Assembly (NCBI GenBank): GCA_963776345.1
Contig: CAVZMH010000016.1
Location: forward strand, 64,001-128,000
Direction: 5' to 3'
Length of the DNA stretch: 64,000 bases
Origin: an uncultured delta proteobacterium
GTDB lineage: Bacteria > Myxococcota > Myxococcia > Myxococcales > Myxococcaceae
Part shown: positions 42,564 through 53,461 of the stretch, piece by piece
Position numbering within the stretch: the first letter of the stretch is position 1
Layout of the letters: each line of letters opens with the position of its first letter
The notes under the pieces: generated by a model
The model's input: the letters and a program-made list of their open reading frames with translations, nothing else
What the model was told of the DNA's origin: nothing
Database searches by the model: none
Program-made: the position numbers and the translations under genes

Positions 42564-43213
42564 GACGACCGGCCCTCGCGCTCCTGGCCCTGGCCCTTGG
42601 CGGCTGCTCCGGCGCCACCCTGCCCGCCCCGAGCGTCGTCTCGGTCGATCCGGCCGCGCGCCCGGCCTCGAGCAGCGGTCCGGTGACGGTGACCCTCGAT
42701 GCCGTGCTGCCGACGCTCGTCGACTACGGCGCCGGCACGGCCACGGTGGACGACCGGCTCACCCTGAAGATCGGCCCGCGCCCCTTCGGGCCGGCCCGGT
42801 GGTCGGACGCCGGCGTGGTGACGGACTTCCTGCCCACGGTCCTCCCCGAGGGCAGCTACGACGTGACGGTGGAGCTCGGCGACGGGCGCGCGGCCACCGC
42901 GAGCGACGCGTTCCGGGTGACGGCCGGCGACTGGCCGGTGGGCTACACGGTGGACACCATCCCCAGCACAGTGATCGGGCGTCCCCTTCGGCGTCACCCT
43001 CCGCGCCCAGGGCGCGCCCGACGGCGGCTACGGCGGCACGGTGAACCTCTCGGTCGCCGGGGCGCAGCTGACGCCGACCCTCTCCGGGCCGTTCGTCGCG
43101 GGGGTGCGGGTGGAGGTCATCACGGTCACGGCGACCAGGCGGGCGACTACCAGCTGGTGGTCTCCGACCTGCTCGGTCACCCCGGGACGTCGCTGCCCTT
43201 CCACGTCCGCTGA
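42560..43213 (+). CDS. Hypothetical Ig-like lipoprotein (internal compensating frameshifts)
   Basis: GTGA overlap, lipobox LGGC, LPEGSYDVTV and GDYQLVV strands. Confidence 0.55.
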   Translation: MRRPALALLALALGGCSGATLPAPSVVSVDPAARPASSSGPVTVTLDAVLPTLVDYGAGTATVDDRLTLKIGPRPFGPARWSDAGVVTDFLPTVLPEGSYDVTVELGDGRAATASDAFRVTAGDWPVGYTVDTIPSTVIGRPLRRHPPRPGRARRRLRRHGEPLGRRGAADADPLRAVRRGGAGGGHHGHGDQAGDYQLVVSDLLGHPGTSLPFHVR

Positions 43214-43893
43214 CGGAGCAGCTCCACCGCCCGCGCCATGTCGGCCGGGAGCGGAGCCCGGACGTCCACCGCCGGCAGGCCCTCGGCGGCAGGGAGGACC
43301 AGCCGCGCGGCGTGGAGCGGGGTCCGGTCGAGCACCACGGCGTCGGAGCCGCCTCCGAGTGCGCGCTCGGTGACCGGCTCCGGCCGGCCGTACTGCGGGT
43401 CGACGAGCAGCGGAGCACCGGCGTGGCGGAGGTGCACGCGGATCTGGTGGGTGCGCCCGGTGAGCGGCCGGGCCTCCACCAGCGCCACGTCCCCGAACGT
43501 CTCCACCGGCGCGAGCTCGGTGATCGCGGACTTGCCGGCCTCGCCCGGCACGGCGACCCGCATCCGGGCGCGGCGGGCCGGCACCAGCGCCGCATCGACC
43601 CGGACCGGCCCCGGGAGCGGCGGAGAGACGAGCGCCAGGTACCGCTTCTCGGGGAGGCCCCGCTCGAAGGCGAGGCTCGCCGCCCGGTGCGAGGCCTGGT
43701 CGAGCGCGAAGAGGAGAACCCCCGAGGTGTCCCGGTCGAGCCGGTGGACGACCCACACCGGCCGCCCGAGCTGGGCCTCCAGGCGCGCCCGCAGGGGAAG
43801 CCCGACGGCCTCGCTCCGTCCGGGGATGACCGGCACCCCCGCCGGCTTGTCCACGGCGACCAGGCCGCCCCCGGACCAGAGGACGGGGATCAC
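43177..43893 (-). CDS. RluA-family RNA pseudouridine synthase
   Basis: DKPAG, HRLDRDTSG, TGRTHQIRVH. Confidence 0.9.
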   Translation of the reverse strand: MIPVLWSGGGLVAVDKPAGVPVIPGRSEAVGLPLRARLEAQLGRPVWVVHRLDRDTSGVLLFALDQASHRAASLAFERGLPEKRYLALVSPPLPGPVRVDAALVPARRARMRVAVPGEAGKSAITELAPVETFGDVALVEARPLTGRTHQIRVHLRHAGAPLLVDPQYGRPEPVTERALGGGSDAVVLDRTPLHAARLVLPAAEGLPAVDVRAPLPADMARAVELLRQRTWKGSDVPG

Positions 43894-45245
43894 AGCACGT
43901 CGTCGGCCGAGAGGACCTCCACCGGGCCGAAGCGCTCGAGCTGCGGGCGGAGCCGCTCCGCCGGGCCCACCACCACGGTCAGCGGCGGCTCGGGGAAGCA
44001 ATACCGGGCGGCGGCGTCACGGGCCTCGGCGCGGGTGACGGCGCGCACCCGGTCCCGGTAGCGGTCCAGCCAGTCGTCGCCGAGCCCGTAGAGCGCCATG
44101 TCGGCGAGCGCCGCGGCGAGCGACTCGTTGGTCTCGGTGCGGAGCGGGAAGAGGCCGGCGAGGTACCGCTGGGCCTTCTCCACCTCGGCCTGGGTGGGGC
44201 CGCGGTCCCGCATCCGCTCCACCTCCTGCCGCATGACGGAGAGGAGCTGCCCGGTGGTCTCCACCTTGGTGAAGCTCGAGACCGAGAAGAGGCCGCCGGC
44301 GCGCAGGGTGTCGAAGGACGAGCCCACGCCGTACGAGAGGCCGCGCTTCACCCGCACCTCGCGCACCAGCCGCGAGGTGAAGCCGGCGCCGAGCGTCACG
44401 TTCACCACCTGGGCGGCGAACTGCACCGGCGCGCCGCGGCGGTACGCCGGGCCGGCGATGCGGACCTGGCTCTGGGTCTGCTCCGGGCGGTCCACCACCA
44501 CCACCCTGCCCGCCCGGCCCACGCCCTCGGGGGGCAGGACCTCGGCCCCCTCCTCGGGGCCGTCGGCCCAGCCGCCGAACGCCTCCTGCACGCGCGCCGC
44601 GACCTCACCTGGGTCCACCGCGCCCACGACGAAGAGGCGCGCCGGACGGGGCCCGAAGTGGTGGTCGTGGAAGCGGACCGCGTCCTCCCGGCCGAAGCGT
44701 GACACCGAGGCCCGGGTCCCGGAGACGTCGTGCCCATAGGGGTGACCGGCCCAGGCGGTGCGCAGCAGCGCCCGGTCCGCGAGGAGCGAGGGATCGTCCA
44801 CGTCGTTGGCGAACTGGCCGAGGCAGCGCTCCCGCTCGGTGCGGACCTCCTCCTCGGGAAAGCTGGGGACGCGCACCAGCTCGGCCAGCACGTCGAGCAT
44901 CGCCGGGAGGTGCTCGGCCGGGGTGGTGAGGGCGACCGCCAGCTGGTCCTCGCCGGCGAAGAGCCCGAGCGAGGCGCCCACGAACTCGATGGCCTCGTCC
45001 AGCGCGTGCGCGTCGCGGTGGGCGGTGCCCCGGCGGAGCAGGCGCATGGTGAAGTCGGCCAGGCCGTCCTTGCCGTGGGGGTCCGCCGCGGCGCCGGAGG
45101 ACAGCACCAGGCGGACGGCGACCAGCGGGATGCGGCCGCGCTGGGCGACGGTGACCGAGAGGCCACCCGGGGTCTCGACGCGGTGAAGCCGGAGCCCGCG
45201 GGTCGCCCCCACCGCCCGGACGGTGCGCTGCTTGGCGGCGTTCAC
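43890..45245 (-). CDS. M16 peptidase, non-catalytic subunit
   Basis: M16 fold motifs without HxxEH; SRLVREVRVKRGLSY. Confidence 0.85.
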   Translation of the reverse strand: MNAAKQRTVRAVGATRGLRLHRVETPGGLSVTVAQRGRIPLVAVRLVLSSGAAADPHGKDGLADFTMRLLRRGTAHRDAHALDEAIEFVGASLGLFAGEDQLAVALTTPAEHLPAMLDVLAELVRVPSFPEEEVRTERERCLGQFANDVDDPSLLADRALLRTAWAGHPYGHDVSGTRASVSRFGREDAVRFHDHHFGPRPARLFVVGAVDPGEVAARVQEAFGGWADGPEEGAEVLPPEGVGRAGRVVVVDRPEQTQSQVRIAGPAYRRGAPVQFAAQVVNVTLGAGFTSRLVREVRVKRGLSYGVGSSFDTLRAGGLFSVSSFTKVETTGQLLSVMRQEVERMRDRGPTQAEVEKAQRYLAGLFPLRTETNESLAAALADMALYGLGDDWLDRYRDRVRAVTRAEARDAAARYCFPEPPLTVVVGPAERLRPQLERFGPVEVLSADDVL

Positions 45246-46519
45246 CTCTGACCGTCCTCGGGGACCAGGGTCACCACCGAGCGCTGCGTGGGGTCCAGCC
45301 AGCGGCGGGCGGCGGCCTGCACCTTCGCCGCGTCGATGCGCCCGTACGCCTCGGGCAGGGCGAGGCCGTGCCCCCAGCTGCCCAGGAAGAGCTCGTAGGT
45401 ACCGAGCGCGTGGGCCCGGCCGGAGTTCGAGGTGAACTCCCGGAGCAGATGCGCGCGCAGGTTGTTCCGCGCCTTCTCCACCTCGCGGGCCTCCACCCCC
45501 TGCTCGGCCACCCTGGCCAGCTCGGCGTAGAGCGCCTCCTCGGCGGCGCGGACGTCGGCGTCGGGCTGCAGCTCGAGGTGGAAGGCGAAGATCCCGGGGT
45601 CCCTCCGCCAGCTCCAGTCCACGCCCACGTTGACCGCGAGCCGCTTGCCGTAGACCAGCGCGCGCTGGAGCCGGCTCCCCTCGCCCACCCCGAGGATGAA
45701 CTGCAGCACGTCCAGGGAGAGGGTGTCGGGGTCGGTCACCGACGGGCCGCGGTAGGCCACGAGCAGCGACGGGGCACGCGAGGGGTGGCGGAGCTCGGCC
45801 CGGCGCTCGCCCCGCTGGGGCGGCTCGGCGTTCACCACGGAGGGGACCGCCGGGCCCTTGGGGATGTCGCCGTAGGCCTTCCGGATGCGCTTCAGCAGCG
45901 GCTCCGGCTCGAAGTCCCCGGACACCCAGAGGACGGCGTTCCCGGGCGCGTAGAAGGTGCGGAAGTAGGCCTCGCAGTCCTGCCGCCGGATGGCCTCGAT
46001 GTCCCCCATGTAGCCGATGACCGGCCAGCGGTAGGGGTGCGACTGGTAGACCAGCGCGTGGAGCGTCTCGTCCATCAGCCCCGCGGGCTCGTTGTCCACC
46101 CGGAGCCGCCGCTCCTCCTTCACCACCTCGCGCTCGCTCCGGAGCGAGCGGTCGTCGATGGTGAGCGAGCGCATCCGGTCCGACTCGAGGTCCAGCACCG
46201 TGTCCAGCGCCTCGGCGGCGAAGTCCTCGTAGTACACGGTGACGTCGTGGGAGGTGTAGGCGTTGGAGCGCCCGCCGTTCGACTCCAGGACCTCGTCGAA
46301 CTCCTTGGGACCGTACCTCTCCGCCCCGTTGAACATCATGTGCTCGAAGAGGTGGCTGATGCCGGTGATGCCGGGGCGCTCGTTGCGCGAGCCCACCTGG
46401 AAGAAGGTGTAGAGGCTCACCACCGGGGCATCGTGGTCGGGCACCATCCGGACCCGGAGGCCGTTGGAGAGCCGGGCTTCGTGGACGGGGAAGAGCTCAG
46501 TCTTTCGGCGGGGGCTCAC
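45242..46519 (-). CDS. M16 zinc peptidase, catalytic subunit
   Basis: GSRNE...SHLFEHMMF, NAYT, EREVVKEERR. Confidence 0.9.
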   Translation of the reverse strand: MSPRRKTELFPVHEARLSNGLRVRMVPDHDAPVVSLYTFFQVGSRNERPGITGISHLFEHMMFNGAERYGPKEFDEVLESNGGRSNAYTSHDVTVYYEDFAAEALDTVLDLESDRMRSLTIDDRSLRSEREVVKEERRLRVDNEPAGLMDETLHALVYQSHPYRWPVIGYMGDIEAIRRQDCEAYFRTFYAPGNAVLWVSGDFEPEPLLKRIRKAYGDIPKGPAVPSVVNAEPPQRGERRAELRHPSRAPSLLVAYRGPSVTDPDTLSLDVLQFILGVGEGSRLQRALVYGKRLAVNVGVDWSWRRDPGIFAFHLELQPDADVRAAEEALYAELARVAEQGVEAREVEKARNNLRAHLLREFTSNSGRAHALGTYELFLGSWGHGLALPEAYGRIDAAKVQAAARRWLDPTQRSVVTLVPEDGQR

Positions 46520-46832
46520 GGGGAGGGCTCTGCATACCGCCCCCTCGCCGCCTTCGCACCGACTTCGCGTGCCTCGGGCGCATGGCGGCGAAGACGAAGC
46601 CGCACCAGACGCACTCCGCCCCACGGGGACCGGGGGGGAGCTCCAGGAGGCACCCGGGGCAGCGTTCGGCGGCGGAGGCGGGGCTGGCCTCCTGGGCCCC
46701 CCTGGACCCACGCCGGCGCGCAGGCCTCTGGCCCAGCTGCCGCTCGAGCGTGCGCAACCGGTCCTCGAGCTCGGCGATGCGGTGGAGCAGCGCGCTGTCC
46801 TCGACTCGACCGGCACGGGCGCGCGCGTTCAC
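46497..46832 (-). CDS. Small coiled-coil and zinc-ribbon hypothetical protein
   Basis: LHRIAELEDRLRTLERQL coiled coil, CPGC...CVWCG; boundaries approximate. Confidence 0.45.
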   Translation of the reverse strand: MNARARAGRVEDSALLHRIAELEDRLRTLERQLGQRPARRRGSRGAQEASPASAAERCPGCLLELPPGPRGAECVWCGFVFAAMRPRHAKSVRRRRGGGMQSPPREPPPKD

Positions 46833-46922
46833 CACTCGCGCTACGCTGCCAGCGGGGGAGCCCTCCCGCAAGAATCCGGACTCCGAGGAATACCCCCGCC
46901 CACCCTGGACCCCCACCGCCCG

Positions 46923-48596
46923 ATGCTTCGCCCCGACGCCCCTCCCCCCTCCGACCCCGAGCCACTGCACGGCGGCGTGCACACCCGGCCCTCCCAGCCC
47001 GAGGCGGTCCGGGCCCAGGAGGAGGCGCTGGGCGTGCTCTCCGACGGGGAGCTTGCCCGACTGCTCGACGGGGAGGCGCGGATGGCGGTGGAGCGCTCGC
47101 GCCAGGTGTTCGTGAACCGCAATCTCCGGATGGCGAACGTGGAGATGGTGGGGTTCGACATGGACTACACCCTGGCCATCTACCACCTGCGCCGGATCGA
47201 GCAGCTCTCGTTCGATCTGACGCTGTCTCGCCTGGTGACCGAGTTCGGCTACCCGGCGGAGCTGGGGCTGCTCCAGTACGACCACGGCTTCGTGATGCGC
47301 GGCCTGGTGGTGGACAAGTCGCACGGGAACCTCATCAAGATGGACCGGTTCGGGAGCGTGGGGCGCGCCTACCACGGGCTCTCGCCGCTCCCGGTCGAGG
47401 TGTGCCACCGGCTGTACCGCAACGAGCGCATCCGGCTCACCAGCGAGCGGTACGCGTGGATCGACACGCTGTTCTCGCTTCCGGAGGCGTGGCTGTACGC
47501 GGCGATCATCGATCTGCTGGAGCGGCAGGGCCGCTCCGTGGAGTACGGACGGCTGTACGACGACGTCCGCGAGGCCATCGACGCCGTCCACCGCGACGAC
47601 TCGCTGAAGCGCGAGGTGCGCAAGGACATCGGCCGGTACATCTTCCGCGACCCGGAGCTGGGGCCCGCGCTGCACAAGCTGCGCTCGGGCGGGAAGAAGC
47701 TCTTCCTCCTCACCAACTCGCTCTGGGACTACACCGACGTGGTGATGTCGTTCCTGCTGGACGGGGTGGTGAGCGAGTACCCGTCGTGGCGGAACTACTT
47801 CGACGTGGTGATCACCGGCGCGGCCAAGCCGTCCTTCTTCACCGACGGCCGGCCGTTCCTCGAGGTCGACCCGAGCACCCGCGAGAACACGGTGATCGGC
47901 GAGGCGACCGCGCTCGAGCGGTGGAAGGTGTACCAGGGCGGAAACCTCCCGGCGCTGGAGCGGATGACCGGCATCGGCGGAGAGCGGGTGCTCTACGTGG
48001 GGGACCACATCTACGGCGACATCCTCCGCAGCCGGAAGGCGTCGCTCTGGCGGACGTGCATGGTGGTGCAGGAGCTGGAGGACGAGATCCGCTACACCGA
48101 GGGGCGCGGCGAGGAGATCGCCCGGCTCGGCGAGGTGGAGCTGCTCATCGCCCGGCTGGACGACGAGCTGAACGTGCGGAAGGGCGTGCTCAACGCGCTG
48201 GACCGCCGTCTGGACCGGAGCAGCGACGGCGACGACCGCCGGACGGAGCTGGAGGAGGAGCGCCGGCGTGCCAAGTCCGAGCTGGAGCGGCTCCGGCGGG
48301 CGCTGCGGACCAGCGCCGGCATCGCCGACGTGCTGGAGCGCGACGTGGAGCTGGGCTTCAACCCCTTCTGGGGCCTGATGTTCAAGGAGGGGAACGAGAA
48401 CAGCCGCTTCGGGAGCCAGGTGGAGCAGTACGCCTGCCTCTACACGTCGCGGGTCAGCAACTTCCTCTACGTCTCGCCGATGCAGTACCTCCGGGCGCAG
48501 CGGGACCGGATGCCGCACGAGTGGGCGGGTGCCCCGACGGGCCGGCTCTCGCCGCTGGGGAGCGAGGGGCCGCCGAAGGGCGCGCGGCGGGGCTGA
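46923..48596 (+). CDS. HAD-IG family 5'-nucleotidase (cN-II type)
   Basis: GFDMDYTLA, LLTNS, AAKPSFF, YVGDHIYGD. Confidence 0.9.
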   Translation: MLRPDAPPPSDPEPLHGGVHTRPSQPEAVRAQEEALGVLSDGELARLLDGEARMAVERSRQVFVNRNLRMANVEMVGFDMDYTLAIYHLRRIEQLSFDLTLSRLVTEFGYPAELGLLQYDHGFVMRGLVVDKSHGNLIKMDRFGSVGRAYHGLSPLPVEVCHRLYRNERIRLTSERYAWIDTLFSLPEAWLYAAIIDLLERQGRSVEYGRLYDDVREAIDAVHRDDSLKREVRKDIGRYIFRDPELGPALHKLRSGGKKLFLLTNSLWDYTDVVMSFLLDGVVSEYPSWRNYFDVVITGAAKPSFFTDGRPFLEVDPSTRENTVIGEATALERWKVYQGGNLPALERMTGIGGERVLYVGDHIYGDILRSRKASLWRTCMVVQELEDEIRYTEGRGEEIARLGEVELLIARLDDELNVRKGVLNALDRRLDRSSDGDDRRTELEEERRRAKSELERLRRALRTSAGIADVLERDVELGFNPFWGLMFKEGNENSRFGSQVEQYACLYTSRVSNFLYVSPMQYLRAQRDRMPHEWAGAPTGRLSPLGSEGPPKGARRG

Positions 48597-49437
48597 GCAC
48601 CGGGACCCGGCAGCACCGGGCCCGGCGCGACTTCCCGGGCCGGCGGGCCACCCTCGCCGCGGACCTGGAGGCACACCGCGCCCAGACGACGGGGGCGCTC
48701 CGGGACGCCCACTCGTGCCGGAGCCCGAGCGCCCGCAGCGCCGGCGTGTAGCGCGCCGACTTGACCAGCACGACACGGCGGGCGACGCGCCGCGCCTCGG
48801 CCAGGACCTCGGGCGTGAGCGGGGACGGATCGGCGAGGCGCCGCAGCATCTCGAAGCCGGGCTGCGCGGACAGCGCACGGCCGAACATCGGGTCGAAGAG
48901 GACGACGTCCACGCTCCCGGCCGGCATCTCTCGAAGCAAGGCCCCTGAGTCGGCGTGGCGGACCTCGATTCGAGCGCTCGACTTCGGCGCCTCTCGCCGT
49001 AGCGTGGCGTCGGCAAGCACCGCCAGTGGAAGGCTCGACTCGACGCCGAGGACGGAGCCGCCAGGCCCGACCAGCCGCGCCGCCACCCGCGCGTCCTGGG
49101 CGAAGCCGAGTGTCGCGTCCAGCACCCGCTCTCCCGGCGCCAGCTCGCCGACGCGCTGCAGGGGGTCCTCCGTCCGGCCCTTGGCGATCTCCTTGAGCCG
49201 CAGCGCAGCCAGCCCGGCTCCGCCCCGCACGTGCGCGAGCCGATCCCACAGCGACACCGCGTCCTCGCCGAACACGACCAGAACCCGCGCCTGATCGAGC
49301 AGCCCGCGGAGTGGCGCCTTCGGGCTCCGGAGAAGGAACGGCAAGCCCCAGCGCGTGGCGCAGGCCTCGGCCTCGGCACGGAGCGTGGCGTCCGTCGACC
49401 CGCTCAGGGCCACGGCCAGGGGATGCAGGGGCTCCAT
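48454..49437 (-). CDS. Class I SAM-dependent methyltransferase (RsmJ-like); true 3' end probably near 48660
   Basis: LDATLG and LFDPMF motifs. Confidence 0.7.
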   Translation of the reverse strand: MEPLHPLAVALSGSTDATLRAEAEACATRWGLPFLLRSPKAPLRGLLDQARVLVVFGEDAVSLWDRLAHVRGGAGLAALRLKEIAKGRTEDPLQRVGELAPGERVLDATLGFAQDARVAARLVGPGGSVLGVESSLPLAVLADATLRREAPKSSARIEVRHADSGALLREMPAGSVDVVLFDPMFGRALSAQPGFEMLRRLADPSPLTPEVLAEARRVARRVVLVKSARYTPALRALGLRHEWASRSAPVVWARCASRSAARVARRPGKSRRARCCRVPVLSPAARPSAAPRSPAARAGPSGHPPTRAASGPAAPGGTASARRRGSC

Positions 49438-49451
49438 CGACCTCCGCGGAC

Positions 49452-51577
49452 TTACGCCGACCGGCGGGCCGACTCCATCTGCTGCGGCAGCACCGAGCGG
49501 TTCCGTCCGTTCCGCTTCGCGAAGTAGAGGCACTGATCGGCGAGGTCGATCAGCTCCTGCTTGCCGGTTCCGTTGGCCGGCGCCGCCGCGATGCCCATGG
49601 AGAGGGTGATCTGCAGCGGACCGAGCTCGGTCTGGAAGACCTTGGCCTGGACCGCCTCGCGGATCCGCTCGGCGATGACCAGGGCGCCCTTCCCGTCCGT
49701 CTCCGGCATGATGACCGCGAACTCCTCGCCGCCGTACCGGGCGACCAGGTCCGTGTCGCGCGCCTTCTCCCGGAGGATCTGCGCCACGCCCTTGAGCACC
49801 ACGTCACCGACCGGGTGCCCGTGGGTGTCGTTCACCGCCTTGAAGTGGTCCACGTCGGTGAGGAGCACCGCGCACGCACGGCCATACCGGCGGGCCTGGG
49901 CCAGCGCCTCGTCGGCCCTCGCCTGGAACGCCCGGTGGTTCAGCAGACCGGTGAGACCATCGGTCGTCGCCAGCCGCTCGGTCTGGTCGAAGAGCTGGGC
50001 CCGGAGCACCGCCTGCCCGGCCTGGAGCGCGATGACCTCGAGCATCCGCAGCGCGTCCTCGTCCAGCGAGGCTCGCCGCCTGGCGCCCGCCACCAGCGTG
50101 CCCAGGATGCGGTCCCCGGCCCCGAGCGGGAGGATCTTCAGCGCGCCGAGGCCGCGCAGCCGGGTGTCGTCGTCGAACACCACCTGCCGGTCCATCGCCC
50201 GGAGCTCACGGCCCGGCAGCGGCGTCCCGTAGCGGACCACGTTGGCCACCAGCCCGTTGTTGTCGGGGAAGACGCGCCCCTCGAGCGTCTTGCCCGCCGG
50301 GCTCGCGCCGCTGATGCGGGCCACCCGGTGCTCGCGCTTGCCCTCGTGCTCGGCCACCAGGGTGATGGCCGCGAAGTCCAGGCCGGCGAGCTGCCGCGCG
50401 CCGTCGAGCACCGCTCCGAACACCGCGTCGAGGTTCGCCGCGCGGTTGAGGTCCTCGATGGCCTTGAAGAACCGGCCCTTCTCGTCCCGGGCACGGCGGA
50501 TCTCCACCAGCACCCGCTCGACCTCGATGGCCCGGAGCACCTCGCCGGCGAGCGTCCGGAGCAGCGCCTCGTCCCGGTCCTCGAACGGCTCGGGCTCCAT
50601 CCGGTCCGCGAGCAGCACCCCGCGGAGCTGTCCGCCGGGCTCCGCCAGCGGCACGGCACAGACGCTCCGGGGGGCCGGGCCACCCTCGTACCAGGTGACG
50701 CCGCGCAGGCCAGAGGGCGAGACCATCCGGACCGGCACCGACCGCTTCAGCACCCCCGCGAGGATGCCCTCGCCGGCGTGCACCGCGCCGCGCTGCACGC
50801 GCTCGGAGGCGCTCCGGCAGTCGTGGAGGACGAGCGTGCGGTCGTCCGGGGCGAGGAGGAACGCCGCGCAGGTGTGCGTCCGGAGCGCGAGCTCGCCGAT
50901 CTCCAGGACCGAGCCGACCGCGCCCTCCACCTGCTTCACCGCGGCCAGCATCCACTGGCTCCCGGCGTCGGCGCGGGCTCGGAGCTCCCGGCGCTGGCCA
51001 GCCGGTAGGTGCGCGCCCGCTCCTCGACCTCGCGGATGCGGGCCTTCACCGCCTCCTGCTCGGCGTGGCGGGCCAGCGCCAGCCGGGCGTTGAGGACGAG
51101 GCGGTAGATGACCGCGAACAGCACCAGGAACGCGGCGTGGGCGACGAAGGGAATCCACCCCGCGCGGAGCGTGAGCAGCGCCTCGAACCCGAGCGCGAGG
51201 CCGAGCAGCAGCCCCGCCGGAAGAGCATCGAAGAAGCCCACCAGCCCGGCCATGACCACGTAGACCAGCGGATGCACGCCGGGGCCGGCGAGGGCCACCA
51301 CCATGTAGGCCGCGGCGACCAGCGGCCCCCCGAGCTCGAGGTCGTCCCGGACGCGGGGGCGGGCGCTCGCGGGGATGCGCATCGCGCGGCGCACGCCGGC
51401 GACGCAGAGCCCGGCCACCAGACCGGCCGCGGCGGCCACCTCGTCCCAGCGCGGATCCGCCACCCCCCGCAGCCGCCCCAGCCCGAGGAGCCAAGCCACG
51501 GCCAGGACCGAGGCCGGGCCGATGGAGCGGAGGAGCCAGCGCGCGGCGCGCGGCATCCGTGCGGAGCGCGGGCTCAT
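49452..51577 (-). CDS. dmxA: Membrane-GAF-GAF-GGDEF diguanylate cyclase (DmxA-like); frameshift(s) near 50980
   Basis: N-terminal TM helices (50936..51577), two GAF-like domains, DGLTGL, RDTD I-site, GGEEF; ATGA-coupled to ftsB as for M. xanthus dmxA. Confidence 0.75.
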
Positions 51578-51852
51578 TCGAGGTGGATGACGATCTCGCC
51601 GGGCTTCACGAAGCCCAGCTCCTCACGGGCGGCGCGCTCGATGGCCGCGGGGTCGCTGCGGAGCGCCTCGACCTCCCGGCCGAGGCGCAGGTTCTCCTCC
51701 CGGAGCTGGGCGTTTCGCTGGGCCAGCGACTCGGCCTGGGCCCGCAGCCGGGCGTGCCGGCGGAAGCCCCGCGGCTCCAGCGCGCTGACCAGGGCGAGGA
51801 CCAGGGACACCGCCGCCGCCAGCCGCCAGCCGTACCGCCGCATCCAGTCCAT
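51574..51852 (-). CDS. ftsB: Septum formation initiator FtsB
   Basis: TM helix, coiled coil, IERAAREELGFVKPGE. Confidence 0.85.
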   Translation of the reverse strand: MDWMRRYGWRLAAAVSLVLALVSALEPRGFRRHARLRAQAESLAQRNAQLREENLRLGREVEALRSDPAAIERAAREELGFVKPGEIVIHLE

Positions 51853-51943
51853 CGCTGGAACAGGACGGTAGCAGTGGGCCGAACCCCCGCAAGAAAGCCG
51901 CCATGAGGGTCGGGAGCCCCGCAGGGCGCGTTGCGAAGGGTGG

Positions 51944-53373
51944 CTACTCGAACAGGAACACGTTCGGGCGGGGGAAGCCCTGGGCGTCCTCCCCGCCGAA
52001 GAGCAGCACCCTGCCGTTTCCCAGCAAGGTCGCGGTGGCGTTGCGCCGGGCCGGGTCCAGGCGGGGCCCGGGAACCCATCCCCCGGTGGCCGGATCGAAC
52101 AGCTCCGTCTCGGGCACGGCCACGTCGAACTGGTCCCCGCTCGGGAAGCCGCCCACCGCCAGCACCCTGCCATCGGTGAGCAGGACCGCCGAGTGATCGC
52201 CGCGCGCGACCTGGAAGGCTCCGAGTGGCGGAGAACTTCCCAGTCGTCGGGTCGAAGACCTCCGAGGCCGCCAGGGTGCCGTCTCCGTCGGTGGGATCGG
52301 CGCCTCCGAAGCCGCCGCTGATCAGCACCCGGCCGTCGTGAAGGAGCGTCGCCCGGTGCAGACTCCGCCGCAGCGTGAGCTGGCCGGTGACCTGGAACTT
52401 CCCCGTGCTCGGGTCATAGGTCTCGGCGGCTGCGCTGTACTCCTCGCCGGTGCTGGTGCAGCACACGATTCCCCCGGCGATGAGCACCCGCCCGTCGGCG
52501 AGCAGGGTCGCGGTGTGACCGCGCCTGCCCACCACCATGTCCTCGCCCTGGGTCCACTCTCCGGTGGCCGGATCGTAGGTCTCGCTGGACGGAGACCCTG
52601 GCACCCCACCGCCGGTCATCAGCACCCGCCCATCGGCGAGCAACGTGGCCGCCGCATCGCCGGAGCGCAGGGTCTTGAGATCTCCGACCCGCTTGAACTG
52701 CCCCGTGGCAGGGTCGAAGCGCTGGCTCAGCCTGCCGGGGTGGATTCCGAGGCCAACGCCACTGTTGATCCCGCCTCCCACCAGGAGGAACGCGCCTCCG
52801 TGCAGCGGCACGGGGACGGTGAATTCCCGGTCCCGCGCGCTGAGCGCGAGCCCCGGGCCCGCGGTGAGCTCCTCGGTGGTCACGTCGAAGCGCTGGGTGG
52901 TGTCCAGGTCCGGCGTGTTGATCGCCTCCGAGGTATTCCCGCCCATGAGCAGCGCGCTTCCGTCGGGGAGGACCATCGCCACGTGCGCTTGCCGCGCCAC
53001 CGGAGAGTCGGGAAGCGGCCGGATCCGATCGCGGTAGTGCACGGCCACGGTCAGCTGCGACACGGCTTCCTGACCGGCCCGCCGCACCTTCAAGACGAAC
53101 GTCGTGCTCCGCGACAGCACCCCCGTCTGTACGGGCTGTCCGCTCTGAACCGGGCCGAGGCCCTCGATCTCCGCACTCGCTCCGCTGAAGACGGCCACCA
53201 GCTGTGCCCGTTCGCCGACCGGGGTGGAGGCGCGGATCGGCGCGGAAGTCCTGGATCGACGGTGGGCCGTCCGGCCCGGGTCCGGACGAGGTGCCGCAAG
53301 CGGCGGCGACGAGGAGAACGAGCAGGCCCAGGCAGAAGAGTCGGTCGGACCTGCGCGGGTCGGTGAGGTTCAT
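51944..53373 (-). CDS. Kelch-repeat lipoprotein (frameshifts near 52210 and 53225)
   Basis: Lipobox AAAC; repeated HTATLLADGRVLxxGG...ETYDP units. Confidence 0.75.
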
Positions 53374-53461
53374 CGAATCTCAGTGGGACTGTACCAGAGA
53401 CACACCGCTGGCAGCGCGTTGCGCGACTCGAGCGCCCTCCGCGCAACGCGCGTCGTCCCTC

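Noticed and set aside
45368..49379. Very long alternative-frame ORFs (1127 aa and 960 aa here; also 37793..40831)
   Set aside because: Arg/Pro/Gly-rich shadow ORFs typical of high-GC DNA, overlapping well-supported genes
53409..53422. TGGCAGCGCGTTGC as a sigma54 promoter
   Set aside because: GG-GC spacing is one base short and it faces away from the adjacent gene
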